Part shown: positions 13,957 through 26,488 of the stretch, piece by piece
Layout of the letters: each line of letters opens with the position of its first letter
Numbering within the stretch: position 1 is the stretch's first letter
NCBI GenBank assembly: GCA_950097015.1
Contig: CATNEN010000038.1
Span: 27,404,001-27,468,000, forward strand
DNA: 64,000 nucleotides
From: Macrostomum hystrix
Taxonomy: Eukaryota > Animalia > Platyhelminthes
Direction: 5' to 3'
The notes under the pieces: generated by a model
The model's input: only the letters and a program-made list of their open reading frames with translations
Told to the model about the DNA's origin: nothing
Databases searched by the model: none
Program-made: the position numbers and the translations under genes

Positions 13957-14003
13957 AATCGAGCTCAGGGACCTTGGTGAAAGAGGCTAACGCATTAACC
14001 GTA
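13957..14003 (-). mobile_element. SINE head fragment
   Basis: AATCGAGCTCAGGGACCTTGGTGAAAGAGGCTAACGCATTAACCG. Confidence 0.65.
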
Positions 14004-15492
14004 TAAAGACCACGTTTTTCCCCGGGGGATAAGACCACGAGGGTAGACCCACGAGGGTAGATTTTTTTGTGAAAGTCCACCATATGAATCAAAATGTTCC
14101 ACTTTTTACGACAAACTTTGATAAAAATTTCCAAGCTGTTCAACGTCACATATTCAAGGATTCTCAAGAATCGCTGAATGTCTCGTCGATGCCGATGTTT
14201 CGGGATTCTGGAAGTTGTTTCATCGGATGGAGCGAACATTTTTAGCTTCTGTTCTGGATTTTAAAGGCAATTGATTGAATATTTTAGAAGCAAAAATGTG
14301 GGCATTTGAAATTCCCCTGTGGCTATTGGTACAGATTTTTTAACTATCTCTACGCCAAGCCATGCACTTCGTCTCGTGATCAACTTTCAGACTGGCCCTA
14401 TGCGGTACGCAACCTGCTCAGGTTTTCAACAATCGTGCGCAACATTGGCACCAGCGATTTCCATCCGACTAACACCAGCGATAGCTGGGTGTGGCATACC
14501 TGCCACATGTATAAGACTTAGAAATCTGAAGGGAATTTAAGCGAGCGTTAGTTGGAAACTAAACTAAAAATAGCAACAGCAGAGAGGGCGAGCAACTGAA
14601 AGGAGAATGATTAGACAAAACCCGCCCTGAGATCAATTAATCATTTCAGTCAGCACAAACCCGGCTCGGCAGGGCAGCAGCGGTGCCGACGTGGAGCTGC
14701 CTGAGACCGGATCCGCGGCTGTGCTGACGTGGAACGACCCGAGACCGGACCTGCAGCTGCGCTGACGTGGAGCTGCTGGTATCAACTCGGCCTGTCCCGA
14801 CCCACAGCTGCTTGCATCGACCCAACCCAGCCGAAACTGGAGCCGCCCGGACCCGATCGGGAACGAGATCTGGAGGAGCCCGGGACCGCACAAGAAGACG
14901 GGATCGATGAAAGGAAAGGGGATAACGAACAGTAGGAAAGAGATCTCAGTAGAAGGGGGAACGCATCCTAACTCAGCTAAGGCGTTTTAAGACTTTTCAT
15001 ATGAAAGGGGTTGGTGTGCCGGCCAACCAACTAGTATAATGATAATGACTGTAATAGACTAGAGGCTGCGACCTCAACCCGCATAAATTCTCTCGCCATT
15101 CTCTCGCCAAATGTTGCTACGGTATTGCCTCCCCTCGGATCGAGGGGTTTTAAAGATACTATATATATCGGTGCGGAGCGCGGAAAAAGATTCGCCGCGC
15201 GAGTTAGTTAGAGACTCAGCTTGAGCTCCGTTTAGATAAACTTACTAGAAAATCAGTGTGTTTGAGCATCACCGCTGGATGCAGCGACAATTACCTGCAC
15301 GATCTGGACTGCCAGTGGGTTGATATCACGAATCTGCCGTTCGGCGTCTATGAATTTAGAGTAAGCGTAGCAGCTTTCTTTTTGAGCTGTAAAATACTCT
15401 AAAGCAGTGTTCGGCAACATTTTGTAAGCTTCGTTTTGGCCAACCTCGAGACCAAAAGAGAAACCGCAATATGTAACGGTCTGAATTCACGA

Positions 15493-16950
15493 GAACACTG
15501 GAAAGATGAGACAAGGGAGTGTTAATAACACTGGAGAGATGAGACAGGGGAGAGTTGATAACACTGGAGAGATGAGACAAGGGAGAGTTGATAACACTGG
15601 AGAGATGAGACACGGGAAAGTTGATAACACTGGAGAGATGAGACAAGGGAAAGTTAATAACACTGGAGAGATGAGACAAGGGAAAGTTGATAACACTGGA
15701 GAGATGAGACAAGGGAGAGTTGATAACACTGGAGAGATGAGACAAGGGAGAGTTAATAACACTGGAGAGATGAGACAAGGGAAAGTTAATAACACTGGAG
15801 AGATGAGACAAGGGAGAGTTGATAACACTGGAGAGATGAGACAAGGGAGAGTTGATAACACTGGAGAGATGAGACAAGGGAGAGTTGATAACACTGGAGA
15901 GATGAGACACGGGAAAGTTGATAACACTGGAGAGATGAGACACGGGAAAGTTGATAACACTGGAGAGATGAGACAAGGGAGAGTTGATAACACTGGAGAG
16001 ATGAGACAAGGGAAAGTTAATAACACTGGAGAGATGAGACAAGGGAAAGTTGATAACACTGGAGAGATGAGACAAGGGAGAGTTGATAACACTGGAGAGA
16101 TGAGACAAGGGAGAGTTGATAACACTGGAGAGATGAGACACGGGAAAGTTGATAACACTGGAGAGATGAGACACGGGAAAGTTGATAACACTGGAGAGAT
16201 GAGACAAGGGAGAGTTGATAACACTGGAGAGATGAGACACGGGAAAGTTGATAACACTGGAGAGATGAGACACGGGAAAGTTGATAACACTGGAGAGATG
16301 AGACAAGGGAGAGTTGATAACACTGGAGAGATGAGACAAGGGAGAGTTGATAACACTGGAGAGATGAGACAAGGGAGAGTTGATAACACTGGAGAGATGA
16401 GACAAGGGAGAGTTGATAACACTGGAGAGATGAGACACGGGAAAGTTGATAACACTGGAGAGATGAGACACGGGAAAGTTGATAACACTGGAGAGATGAG
16501 ACAAGGGAGAGTTGATAACACTGGAGAGATGAGACACGGGAAAGTTGATAACACTGGAGAGATGAGACACGGGAAAGTTGATAACACTGGAGAGATGAGA
16601 CACGGGAAAGTTGATAACACTGGAGAGATGAGACAAGGGAGAGTTGATAACACTGGAGAGATGAGACAAGGGAGAGTTGATAACACTGGAGAGATGAGAC
16701 ACGGGAAAGTTGATAACACTGGAGAGATGAGACACGGGAAAGTTGATAACACTGGAGAGATGAGACAAGGGAGAGTTGATAACACTGGAGAGATGAGACA
16801 CGGGAAAGTTGATAACACTGGAGAGATGAGACAAGGGAGAGTTGATAACACTGGAGAGATGAGACACGGGAAAGTTGATAACACTGGAGAGATGAGACAC
16901 GGGAAAGTTGATAACACTGGAGAGATGAGACACGGGAAAGTTGATAACAC
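15493..16950. repeat. 33-bp satellite (GAGATGAGACACGGGAAAGTTGATAACACTGGA)n, ~44 units; further units at 19529-19576 (same strand) and 20350-20428 (inverted)
   Basis: Tandem units with two interspersed variants (CAAGGGAGAG / CACGGGAAAG). Confidence 0.97.
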
Positions 16951-19515
16951 TTAAAACCTTTTCCTGACTGCCCTTTTATACACACACACCGGTTTCTGAC
17001 GGGTTGGACCTAAATCGTGCCATAGAATTTTTTTGGTAGAAAATTTTAAACTCACATACTTCACGACTGAAAGCATGTTTCAAACAGATTCGCCACGTAG
17101 TAACTAGATTTTCTTCGTTCCTCTATTTTTTGAGGCTGTCAAGCCTAATTTTTAAAGAGATTTTCTCGACAACAGACTAAAACAGCAAAAACGCATCATG
17201 AGTTCTGACTCTGAAATAGATTCTGCGTTAGATTTACCCATTGTAACCGACGATGAATCTGCTAGCGACTTCGAAGAGCTTTTCGAAGAGAATAATGAAG
17301 TCCCTGTAATCCCAGTCGGTGATTGGGAGTTCGTTCAGGAAACTCTTGACAACAGACCATCTCAAGTCCCCGAGTTTCTGGGAACCACTGGAGTTCGGCC
17401 CAACTGGCAGCCGCCAGAAACTGCCGATGGAAATGAGTCGGCCTACCTAAAATTATATTTGCCGGACAAGTTGTTCGAGAACCTTCGCAGATGGACCAAC
17501 AACAAGGCTTGGAAGATTTTTCAAGAATGCGCGACATTGGATGCTGTCCCCAAAATCATATTGAATTGGAAGGATTGCTCAACTGATGAAATGCGCAAGC
17601 TTATTGGCATTATACTACTCATGGGCATCGACCAGAAGCCGGAGCTGGCCCACTACTGGTCCGGTGATTCCGTGTTTCACTGTGGCTTTCTAGCTCAGTC
17701 GTTCTCTCTGTCGAGAGATCGCTTTAAGCAAATTCTTTCCTGCCTGAGATTCTATGACTCTGCAGCCCCACTCGCTGATGAACCTTTGGCAAAGATGCAT
17801 CCGTTTTTGGAGCAGGTAAAGCAGCTTTGCAGGGAGAATTACTTGCCCCGCCAGAAGCTCTCCGTTGATGAGACCCTTGTCTTGTACGAGGGCAGAGTCG
17901 AATTTAAGCAATACGTTCCAACAAAAAGAAGTAGGTATGGAATAAAAATGTACTGCCTTTGCGAGGCCAAGTCGGCATACTTCTGGAACTTTGCAATACA
18001 CACTTCGATGGAGGCAAACCAGCAGTTTGGCGATGGGCTCGGTTGCAGTGAGCTGTCAATGAGCGAGAAGGTCGTAGCAGAGCTTTGTCGGGGTTTGTAC
18101 CACTTCGGTCATCACGTATTTACCGATAGCTGGTTCACCTCTGCTCGACTTGCGAGGTGGTTGTTAGAACGAGGAACCCTGCTGACTGGCACAGTGCGTG
18201 CGAACCGAGGCATTCCTGAACTTCTACGCTGTGAACTTGCACCCGACCTCTTCAGCCTTCGCCAGCTCCGGAGACATGATTGCATGTAAGTTTGTCGATA
18301 GAAAGCAGAGTGGCATGAAGGTGCTGTACCTGCTAGATACCGCAGGCACTGCAGTGTGCGATGAAGTCCAGCGCACACGCCGCGGTGGTGACGTCCAGGT
18401 GATCGCTAAAACAGCCAGCATCACATCCTACGCAGCAAACATGGGCGGCGTCGATCACATGGACGCCTCGCTGCACCCGTATCTCACAAACCGGAAAAGC
18501 CTGCGATGGTTCCATAAGCTTGGGTTCCACCTGGTTCTTATCCTCGTCAGAAATGCTTGGGTCGTATACCGACAAGCAGGCGGCACAAAAACTTTTCTGT
18601 GCTTTTTGCGCCTTGCCATCAGCATATTGGTGGAGCGGACCGGCAATTCTAGGCGGCGGCGCGCATTGCCTGTAGCAGCAGCCGCAGCTGCAGGAGGGGG
18701 CCAACACTTGCCGAGCAAAGTTCCTAGGCTAGGAGACAGGCCGAAGCCGCGGAAGCGGTGCCGCACATGTTACTTGTCTGGTCAGACGAAACGAACGATC
18801 TTCGTATGCGAGTCCTGCCCCAAGCTTCCCGCCCTCTGCCCTGGAGCTTGCTTTAACCATTGGCATGCTCAGAATGTATATTGACGGTGATTGCGATAGT
18901 ATGCTGCAAGTTTATTGATGCTATATAACTAACTGGATTAATGTTGACACATGTCTCCTCATTCAGTTCAAAAGGCAGTTAAGTTTTTTTGGAGCCTTAA
19001 AAATGTGGATACCTTTGGTTTGACTTGATGGCTAATTTATCCGTAGTGTTTTGTTATAATTTGATAGTTATTAGTTAAAGTTACAGCAACTTTGTAATCG
19101 TAATAATGTTTCAAAACAGGTTACCGTCTGCTCGTATTTCAGAAATTTTGAAATGGCCCTATCTCTTCACCAGTTTCTTACTGTTCAGTTGCTTGTTCTT
19201 GATATATATTTTGCTAACTTAGTAATTTGCTGATATAGTGCTTTTTCTATCTGTACTTTTCTGTTTGTAGTTTGTAGTTTACCTGCTATCTATAGCACAT
19301 TCTTCAATAAGTAGTACTTTTGCCTTCTCATCAAAGTGTCTTTCAGTATCATTTGATTTAAATTTAAACACGTGGCACGAAATCGAGCCATATCAGTCTG
19401 CAAAGGGTGTGCTATCTAACCGAGTGTGGTCTACGAACATAGACTAAACTATCATCAGTCAAGAATGGTAGTGCTTTCATGGCACGAAATCGTGCCATCA
19501 GTCTTTCGTGGTTAA
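16951..19515 (+). mobile_element. piggyBac-family DNA transposon, defective
   Basis: TTAA at 16951-16954 and 19512-19515; subterminal motif AAATCGTGCCAT / TGGCACGAAATCG at both ends; transposase inside; the left end does not match the right terminus cleanly. Confidence 0.8.
17198..18884 (+). pseudogene. piggyBac transposase (PGBD4-like), one frameshift near 18235
   Basis: Acidic N-terminus; LSRDRFKQILSCLRF, LSVDETLV, KRSRYGIKMYCLC, VFTDSWFTS, LTGTVRANR, MGGVDHMD, RKSLRWFHKL; C-terminal Cys-rich domain RCRTC..FVCESC..LCPGACFNHWH. Confidence 0.92.
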
Positions 19516-20424
19516 CCACGACAACCACGAGATGAGACACGGGAAAGTTGATAACACTAAAGAGATGAGACACTGGACTACAATAAAAATGATAATTAGT
19601 GACAATAAGTAAGATACTTAAACAAGTTTTTACAATATCTATGGACAGCAGCAACTTTTTAGCAAAGTTTTTAGACAAATAGAACACAAACAGGTAAGGC
19701 TGGGTATCAGTGTTTACTAGCCAGACGACACCAATTGGGTCCGAGCCTAGTTAATTCGGAGTGAGGGTCAAAAATGAAACTAATTATTTACACAAAATGT
19801 CGTACGTAAAATATTGAATGACGTAAATAGCGTTCGCTTTTCCACCGTGTTTCCAGAGCTGTCAGAAAATAAAAACTGAAGATACGATCGAACTGTCAAG
19901 ACACGTGAACTCGTTTATTTATGCGTGGCATACTCGTACGTAAACGCGTATTTAGTTTGAAAATTCTTTAATCTATTCAAATAATACAAGAGACTGCACT
20001 CAAAGGTCCAGTTGGGAGTACCCAGTTTATTCCTGCAAAGCTTAAATTATGTAATCTTAAGCTACAGCTCGGCCGATTGAAACTCCGGGGTTAGCACAAC
20101 CTGTTGTTTTATCGAATGGGTTTGCTTGTACTTTGATTGGTTATAGTGCGATCTTACTACTTGTAATAGTACATATGTTTTTCATAGTGCTAAAGTTTAA
20201 GCTTTTCACTTTTCACGGCCGGTTGATGGTTGTGTTATTAGTACGGTTATATAAATTAAATACTTGTTTCCATCACTTGTTCACCCACCCTTTCTCCTTC
20301 CCCTTAGTCTCTCCCGCGTCTCCCGCATAAACATAGGTCTAATCTCTCACCTGTATCATCTCTCCTGTGTTATCAACTTTCCCGTGTCTCATCTCTTTAG
20401 TGTTATCAACTTTCCCGTGTCTCC

Positions 20425-23400
20425 CGTGCAGATGCTGACAAAATGTTCAGCGGTTTCGTCACCTGAGTTGCAAAAACTACAGGTAGCGTTGGTAACATTG
20501 CCCTGCAGGTATTGGTGCCTGGTGAAGCACCCATGCCCAGATAGGGTCATGGTGGCCGCTCGGATGTCCTTGCGCGGGAGACGCAGAAGGAGGTTCCGGA
20601 GTTTTCGGGAGGGCTGCGGAACAGCCTCTCTAGACTGCCTGCAGTTGTTGCAGTTCGCCCAGAGCGAGTAGTGCTGTAGTTTCACCCACGCTTTGATGCG
20701 CGAGTTGATGACACAGTTTGGGACCGGAACCAGATGTTCGGGTCCCCAGGAGGATCCAGCGGCGCCGGCTTTCGCTAGAACGTCAGCCAGCTCGTTGCCC
20801 TGAAATCCCTCGTGTCCGGGCACCCATTTGAGGGTGACCTTGTTGGTGGAGGCCAACATGTTGAGATGCTTGATACAGTCGAGGACCGTTGCCGAGCCAA
20901 TGCAGCGACTGCGGATGGCATACAGTGCTGCCTGACTGTCAGAGTGGAAGATGATATCCTTATCTTTCACGCAAGTAGCGAGCAGCTCTGCAGAGCAGGA
21001 GCTGAGATGGCAAGGACCTCATTCTGGAAGACACTGGAGTCGACGCCAGGTGTTGGGCATGGGTTGCAACCAGCTGCCCATTGGGAAAGATGCAGACACG
21101 AAACCGGTGTTCTTTATCTGTTTGGATCCATCAGTGTAGCAATGAAGTTCACCGCGATTCCAGCTGTCATTGATTTCGTCGCGTGGATCGATGACTACGT
21201 CGTAGCCTTGTCTCGCGTTCGGTCTCGAGGCGATGTTATCCGTGAGGACATGATGGGCATCGCACTTGTTGAGGATTTTAAGGCAAAGATCGCTGTGAGG
21301 GATAATTTTCCTCTTAGCGAATGCTCTCATAAACTTGAACTTGACATCCGCATCAAGCAGACGCCTAGCAGCTTCGCCTCTGATAAAGATGTCCAGAGGT
21401 AGAAGATCCAAGAAGGCCGCCATACCAGCAAAGGGTGTTGATTTGGTGGCGTTGCAGATCAGTCGACTGGTGCCCTTCCCTGGACCGTTTTGAGCAGATC
21501 AGCATGACTCTTGACCTGGGTAGCGCTGACCCAGATCAAGGAGGCGTAGGTGATGGCGGTTCTCACCACAGAGGTATAGATCCACCAAAGACGCTTTGGG
21601 GATAAACCCCAGGAGGTTCCCAGGGCACGCCGGAGCTGCGCTAGGATCGCAGAAGCACGTTGTGCTTTGGCCTTCACGTGGAAAGACCAGTTGAGTCTGT
21701 GGTCGAGCATGACCCCAAGACACCTGGTCCTTTGAGCGAAGGTGATGTCCTTGCCATAGAGTTGCAGAGGCTTTATGTTCCACCGGATCTTACTGGTGAA
21801 CATAATGGCAACAGTTTGGCTCTGAAAGCCTTAAGCCGTTGTCCTCGGCCCAGGTCTCAGCTTTGCGGAGAAACGCTTGCATAAGATCCCTGAGCGTTCT
21901 AGGCGACGGTCCCGCAACAATGGCAGTGACGTCGTCGGCATACCCGATTTTTTGCACGGGGTCAGGTCTGGAACTGCTCAGGAGAGAGTCGATGACTATG
22001 TTCCAGAGGGTGGGAGTAAGGACTCCCCCTTGGGGGCCGCCTTCGCAAACCCTGGTAGTGGCAGTCTGCCCAAGCAGATGAGCAGTAACTGTTCGGTTCG
22101 AGATCATGTACATAATCCACCGAATAAGACACGCGTGAGCTTTACGATCTCGGAGGGTCTTCTCAAACGCCTGGAACAGGACAATGTCGAAGGCCCCCTC
22201 GATGTCGAGAAAAAGAGCAAGGGCATAGCCGTCACCTAGCACAGCCTGCTCGATGATCTCCACGATCGCATGTAGGGCGCTCTCAGTCGACCTCCCAGTA
22301 CGGAAGGCATGCTGATTGTCGCTGAGAGGTGTTGCAGTCAGCTCGCAGGATAGCAGCCGCCAGTGCACCAACCTCTCCATCAGCTTGAGCAGGAAGAAAG
22401 CTAAGCTGAGCTAAGCTGAGCTAAGCTGATCGGCCTGAAGGCCTTAACGCTCTGGTAGTCTCCCTTCCCTGGCTTGGGTATGAAGACCACCCGAGCATTA
22501 GTCCAGCAGCTGGGCACAAACCCTAGCCGGATCGATGCCCGCGTGAGGTTGCAGGTAATACTCCTGAACTTCTGGATCTTCGCCGCCTCGCGAAGGAGGA
22601 TTGGGTAGATGCCATCAGGTCCTGGAGACTTGAAAGGTTTGAAGGTCCTAACGGCACGAGCAATTAGGTCTTCATTGATGATGCATGTCGCCAGGATGTC
22701 GCCTTCCAGCGAGTGGTTTGGCTCCGTGTTGGCTGTGGGAACCGGTGGGAAGAAACTGCCTAGCATGCGTTGGAGTACTTCCTGCGGTTCTTTGGTGAGA
22801 GAGCCATCATCATTCTTGATCATGGCTAGCTTGGACATCTTGTCCATAGTAAGCGCTTTGACAAGCCTAGAGGTAAGCTTGTCTTTGTCCAATTCATCGC
22901 AGAATTGTCTCCACTTACTTTCCTTGGCCTTGCGGATCTCGCGTTTGAAGTCCCTCGAGGCCGAGCGGAAGCTTTCCATGTCCTCCGGCTTACCAGATTT
23001 CATGGCACGGCGATGCAGGGTTTTTGCCCTGTGTCGGAGTTTCCCCAACTCCGGGTTCCACCACGGCGCTGAGGATTTGCCTTTGTAGGCACTGATAGGG
23101 CAGGCAGCTTCGCAGGCTGCAGTAATGCAGCCTGTAAACTTTTCCGCCGCGCGGTCCACTTCCTGGCAGTTGATCATAGGAGTTTCCTCCATGAGCTCCT
23201 GCAGGTGAGACTCTGGGATAGCTGTGTAGGCTGTCCAGTCAGTGTTACGGATGTTGCGTCTCCAAGTGATTGGGGATCGCTGATTAACACCCGCAATATT
23301 GAAAGCTACGAAGCTGTGGTCAGACAAGGATGGTTCATCGAGCCAGACCCTCCACCCCTCGATGCTGAATAGCCGGGGGGTGGCCATGGTCGTGTCGAGA

Positions 23401-25900
23401 ACCTCATTCCATCTGCCATTGTTGAAAGTTGGAGTGCTGCCGCGGTTGCATAGCATGAGATTCGTGCTGGATAGAATAGCGAGAAGCTCCTCTCCTCCAG
23501 CATTGGTGTTATTACTGCCCCAGTGCTGGTGGTGGGCGTTGAGGTCACCCCCCACGATCAGCTCAGCTTTCTGGGCTTCGCAGTACTGCGCCAGGCGTAA
23601 CAGGCTCTCCGGAGCAGGATCTCCATCACCCGGGATATAGATCGAGGCGATGAAGCATCTCGGTGCATGGAGAGAGTCAGATTGGATGACACAGAGATCT
23701 CCATCTGAAAGTTCGGTCCTCATCCTCGGTCCGCCGCCAGCCTTGAGGTAATTGGCGGCGAGGATAGCCGCTCGAAGGCGGTTTGTTGCCGCGCCACACA
23801 CATAGAAATCCGAGTAGCCGTAAGGGATATTTGGCTACTTACCGTTGCGAAGCCAGGGTTCCTGAAGCAGGATGATACCAGGCTTATACAGCTCCGCGAT
23901 CTTCATCAAATTAGTTGATGCTGATATACAGTGCTGTATATTAATTTGTAGGCAGTAAGTGGCTCCTTTTGTTGAGGGAGCAGTCATACTGTATTAAATG
24001 CAGTCTGGCTTGACCTCCAGGACAACTTAAGGGGACTTGGACAAGAGCGCGTCTTCGTCCCATGTGTCCGGAGGTGATCTGGGAGAGGGAGGTTGTCGAC
24101 GTCCATCCCCTCTTCGCTCCCCTCAGCGCCTCCTTCAGGCACCCCGGACCCCGACGTCAGAGTAGAGGAGGTTTCCTCCGCCTCCACGTCGCTGTCTGGG
24201 GCCCCCGTTTGAGTCACCGAAGAGAGTTCCGAGTCTGATGCGTCGGCTTCTGCTCCCGTTCCTACTCCAGGGGGCGGTCCGCTTGACGTCCGAGGATCAG
24301 CCGATGCCGATGCCTCGGTTGCCGAGTTGTTGCCCGTTGGTTGGCTAGGTGTGCCAGTTGCCTTGGGGCCGGCTTTCACCTACCCTTTGGACTTTGGCTT
24401 CCTCTTGCCACCACTGGAGCTGTCTTGGCTGGCCTTGGTGGTCTTCTGCTTCGGTTGGTTGGATGCAGTTTTACCCGTTTCCTTCCTTCCCTCGGCAGCA
24501 GCCCCGGAAGGGGCGCCCTTCCCTCAGCGCATTTTGAGCTTCAGAGCCCCCAGCTGGAAAAAGGATCCATCTGGGTATCTCCTGGCCCATGCCTCGGACA
24601 AGCCGAGGACAATAGTTTGTCCCGCATCCCCATTTGGAACTTTCTGCTGATACACCAGTCCGCTCGCCGGGAGGTTGGGGTTTAGGCGTAGTAGGATTTT
24701 CCGCACCACGTCCGGTCCCACTGCTGTACTCCGTTCTTGCACAAACACCAGATCCAGGGTCGTTTTGGGGCGCTGGCCTTCGCGCGAAAAAACAGGGCGA
24801 CCTGCGACCTAGGTCAGCAGCCTAGGAGATCGTCGGTAACTGCTGAATCAGCCGCCGAGCGTTCTTCTCGCTACTCAGAGCGATAAGAATAGATGTGCCG
24901 CGAAGCACCGCGATGCCCTCATCGACAGTCAGCTTGATGAGGTAGGAGTCAATAGCTTTCCACACCTCCTGAAGCTGGTTAGCCGACCAGTCCCGGTCAT
25001 GACACTGGAGCATCACTCCCGGAATCTTGGCCTTGGCTTTGGCCGCGTAGGTAGCTCCCGAGGTAGCCGCCTCCGTTTCCTCGGCCATGGGGTGCGCTAC
25101 GGCTTCAGCTGCGGTAGCATTCGCAGCAGCTTCCCCGGAGGGCGCCGCCACTGAGCCACTGCTGCCTCCGTCCGTCGGCCTGTTGGGCTGCTCAGAGGAG
25201 CCGCCAGCTTCAGCACCCTGGATTGGCGCCGCCGCTTTGGCCCTCTTTGCTGCCCTGTTGGCGCGCTGTTTGGCCCGCTTTTTTGCAAGCCGGGCCTTCT
25301 TAGCTTCCTCGGATCTGCCAGACTTGGCCGGTCCTTGGCCGGACTTGGCCGGTCCTTTGGCGCCGAGAGTAGCGGGTCCTTTAGATCCACAAGCTAGGCT
25401 GGCAGGTCCCACTGTGGTTCGGTCGGGTTTGCCAGCAGTGCCGGCCGCTCCTTCCTTCGCCATGGAGTCAGTCGGTTGGGATCTGCCGGTTGAACCGGCC
25501 GCTCCCTCAGACTGAGGTTGGGGTTTTGAAGGATCCCCAAACCTAAGATTTTGGCGAGGTTCCATAATCGGCTCGAAGGCAATGAGAAAAGGTGGTGCGC
25601 AAAAAGGAGAAACCTCCCAACCGCGTCACCAAGCTGGGAGGTAAGCCAAAAAAAACCCTCAAGGCTGGTTCGACACCAGGAGGGGAACCGCTAGCGACAG
25701 GCATACTCCCCTGCCGAGCGCCCATCAGCGCGGTAAACACTGGGGCATTGGAGGACGCAATCGGCAGCGTCAGCTCCCGTGGGCTGGCCACGTACCCTCG
25801 GTCGAAACCTGTTAAGGTCAAAGGGTGACACCTTTCCCTCAGAGCCGTAGCCAGAGGTAACTGATCACGCACAGGTGCACGAACGCTGCGGACTGGCCTA
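20425..25900 (-). mobile_element. Non-LTR retrotransposon with APE-RT-RNase H-CCHC (R1/LOA/Tad1-like), decayed and 3'-truncated
   Basis: ORF1 remnants 25565-23984. ORF2 starts at ATG 23987, overlapping the ORF1 TGA: QINIQH, LLQEPW, GGDLNAHH, LSDH (APE); KSPGPDGI, FRPISL, FLDIEGAFD, GGPQGGVL, GYADD (RT); YTDGSK, SDSQAAL, WVPGHEG..GNELADVLAK (RNase H); CSFCNSGDETAEHFVSIC. Several frameshifts, including a 10-bp triplication at ~22399-22428. Confidence 0.93.
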
Positions 25901-26488
25901 ATTATCATTACTTATTGTCACTAATTATCATCATTATTGTAGTTATTATATAGGAGTACATAGTCCACTCTTGCAACATTAAAAATATATTTAAGCACTA
26001 AAAAACACAGATTCTATATTACCTAAAATAGAGTAGTTTTGGTGAGCATTGGATCTGCTTCCAATAAAATTTTATCAACATTTTATATGAAAAACGTGAA
26101 AAGTTCCTATCTCGCTAGTGTATTTTCCGTGAAAACAGCCTATAATAACTTTTCCAAGAAACGAAGTGTACCCCGTCCTTCTTCCTCTATTTGTCCTCGG
26201 ATTGATCATATTAGCTAAAATTCGGCCAGCATCGTTGAACAAACGCTCTTTCTGTTAAAATTATATTAAAAGCCTAATATATTTTTAGCCCACTTACATG
26301 TAGAACCATGGAGGAAAGAATAGAATGGAGTGCTATTCTGAGCCAGCTATTTTTGTAACATCCTTGTCCCCCCGTTTCTTTCTATTGGCTCGTGAATGCC
26401 ATAGACGAATGCAACTAGCTCAACTAAGCTGACTGCCCTTCGCTGCCAGAGTCGCAGGCAAAGAGTATTGAGGTCGCCTAGTATAGAG

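Larger units (their letters stand above)
11861..15365 (+). pseudogene. Lysyl oxidase-like (LOXL-type, 2 SRCR + LOX domain) pseudogene
   Basis: SRCR1: WGLLCDDGW, IVLDDIRCRGSE, HNCEVVEAAGVQC. SRCR2: GGLCADDYVTIREAGVVCRELG, GCRGSEPSLGRC. LOX: LPDLVLD (~13755), YMNCALEEN, RNLLRFSTIVRNIGTSDF..WVWHTCH (14391-14508), ITAGCSDNYLHDLDCQWVDITNLPFGVYEFRV (~15265-15362). Frameshifts at ~12059-12080 (11-bp duplication), ~12300 and ~13815; no HYHS/GHKASFCLED exon found. Confidence 0.85.

Noticed and set aside
15356-16985. 480-525-aa repeat ORFs; possible CRISPR-like array
   Set aside because: Contiguous 33-bp units, no unique spacers, no cas genes, eukaryotic context
15493-20428. Foldback element with 33-bp arrays as inverted arms
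   Set aside because: Order of the flanking unique segment is inconsistent and no termini or TSD were found
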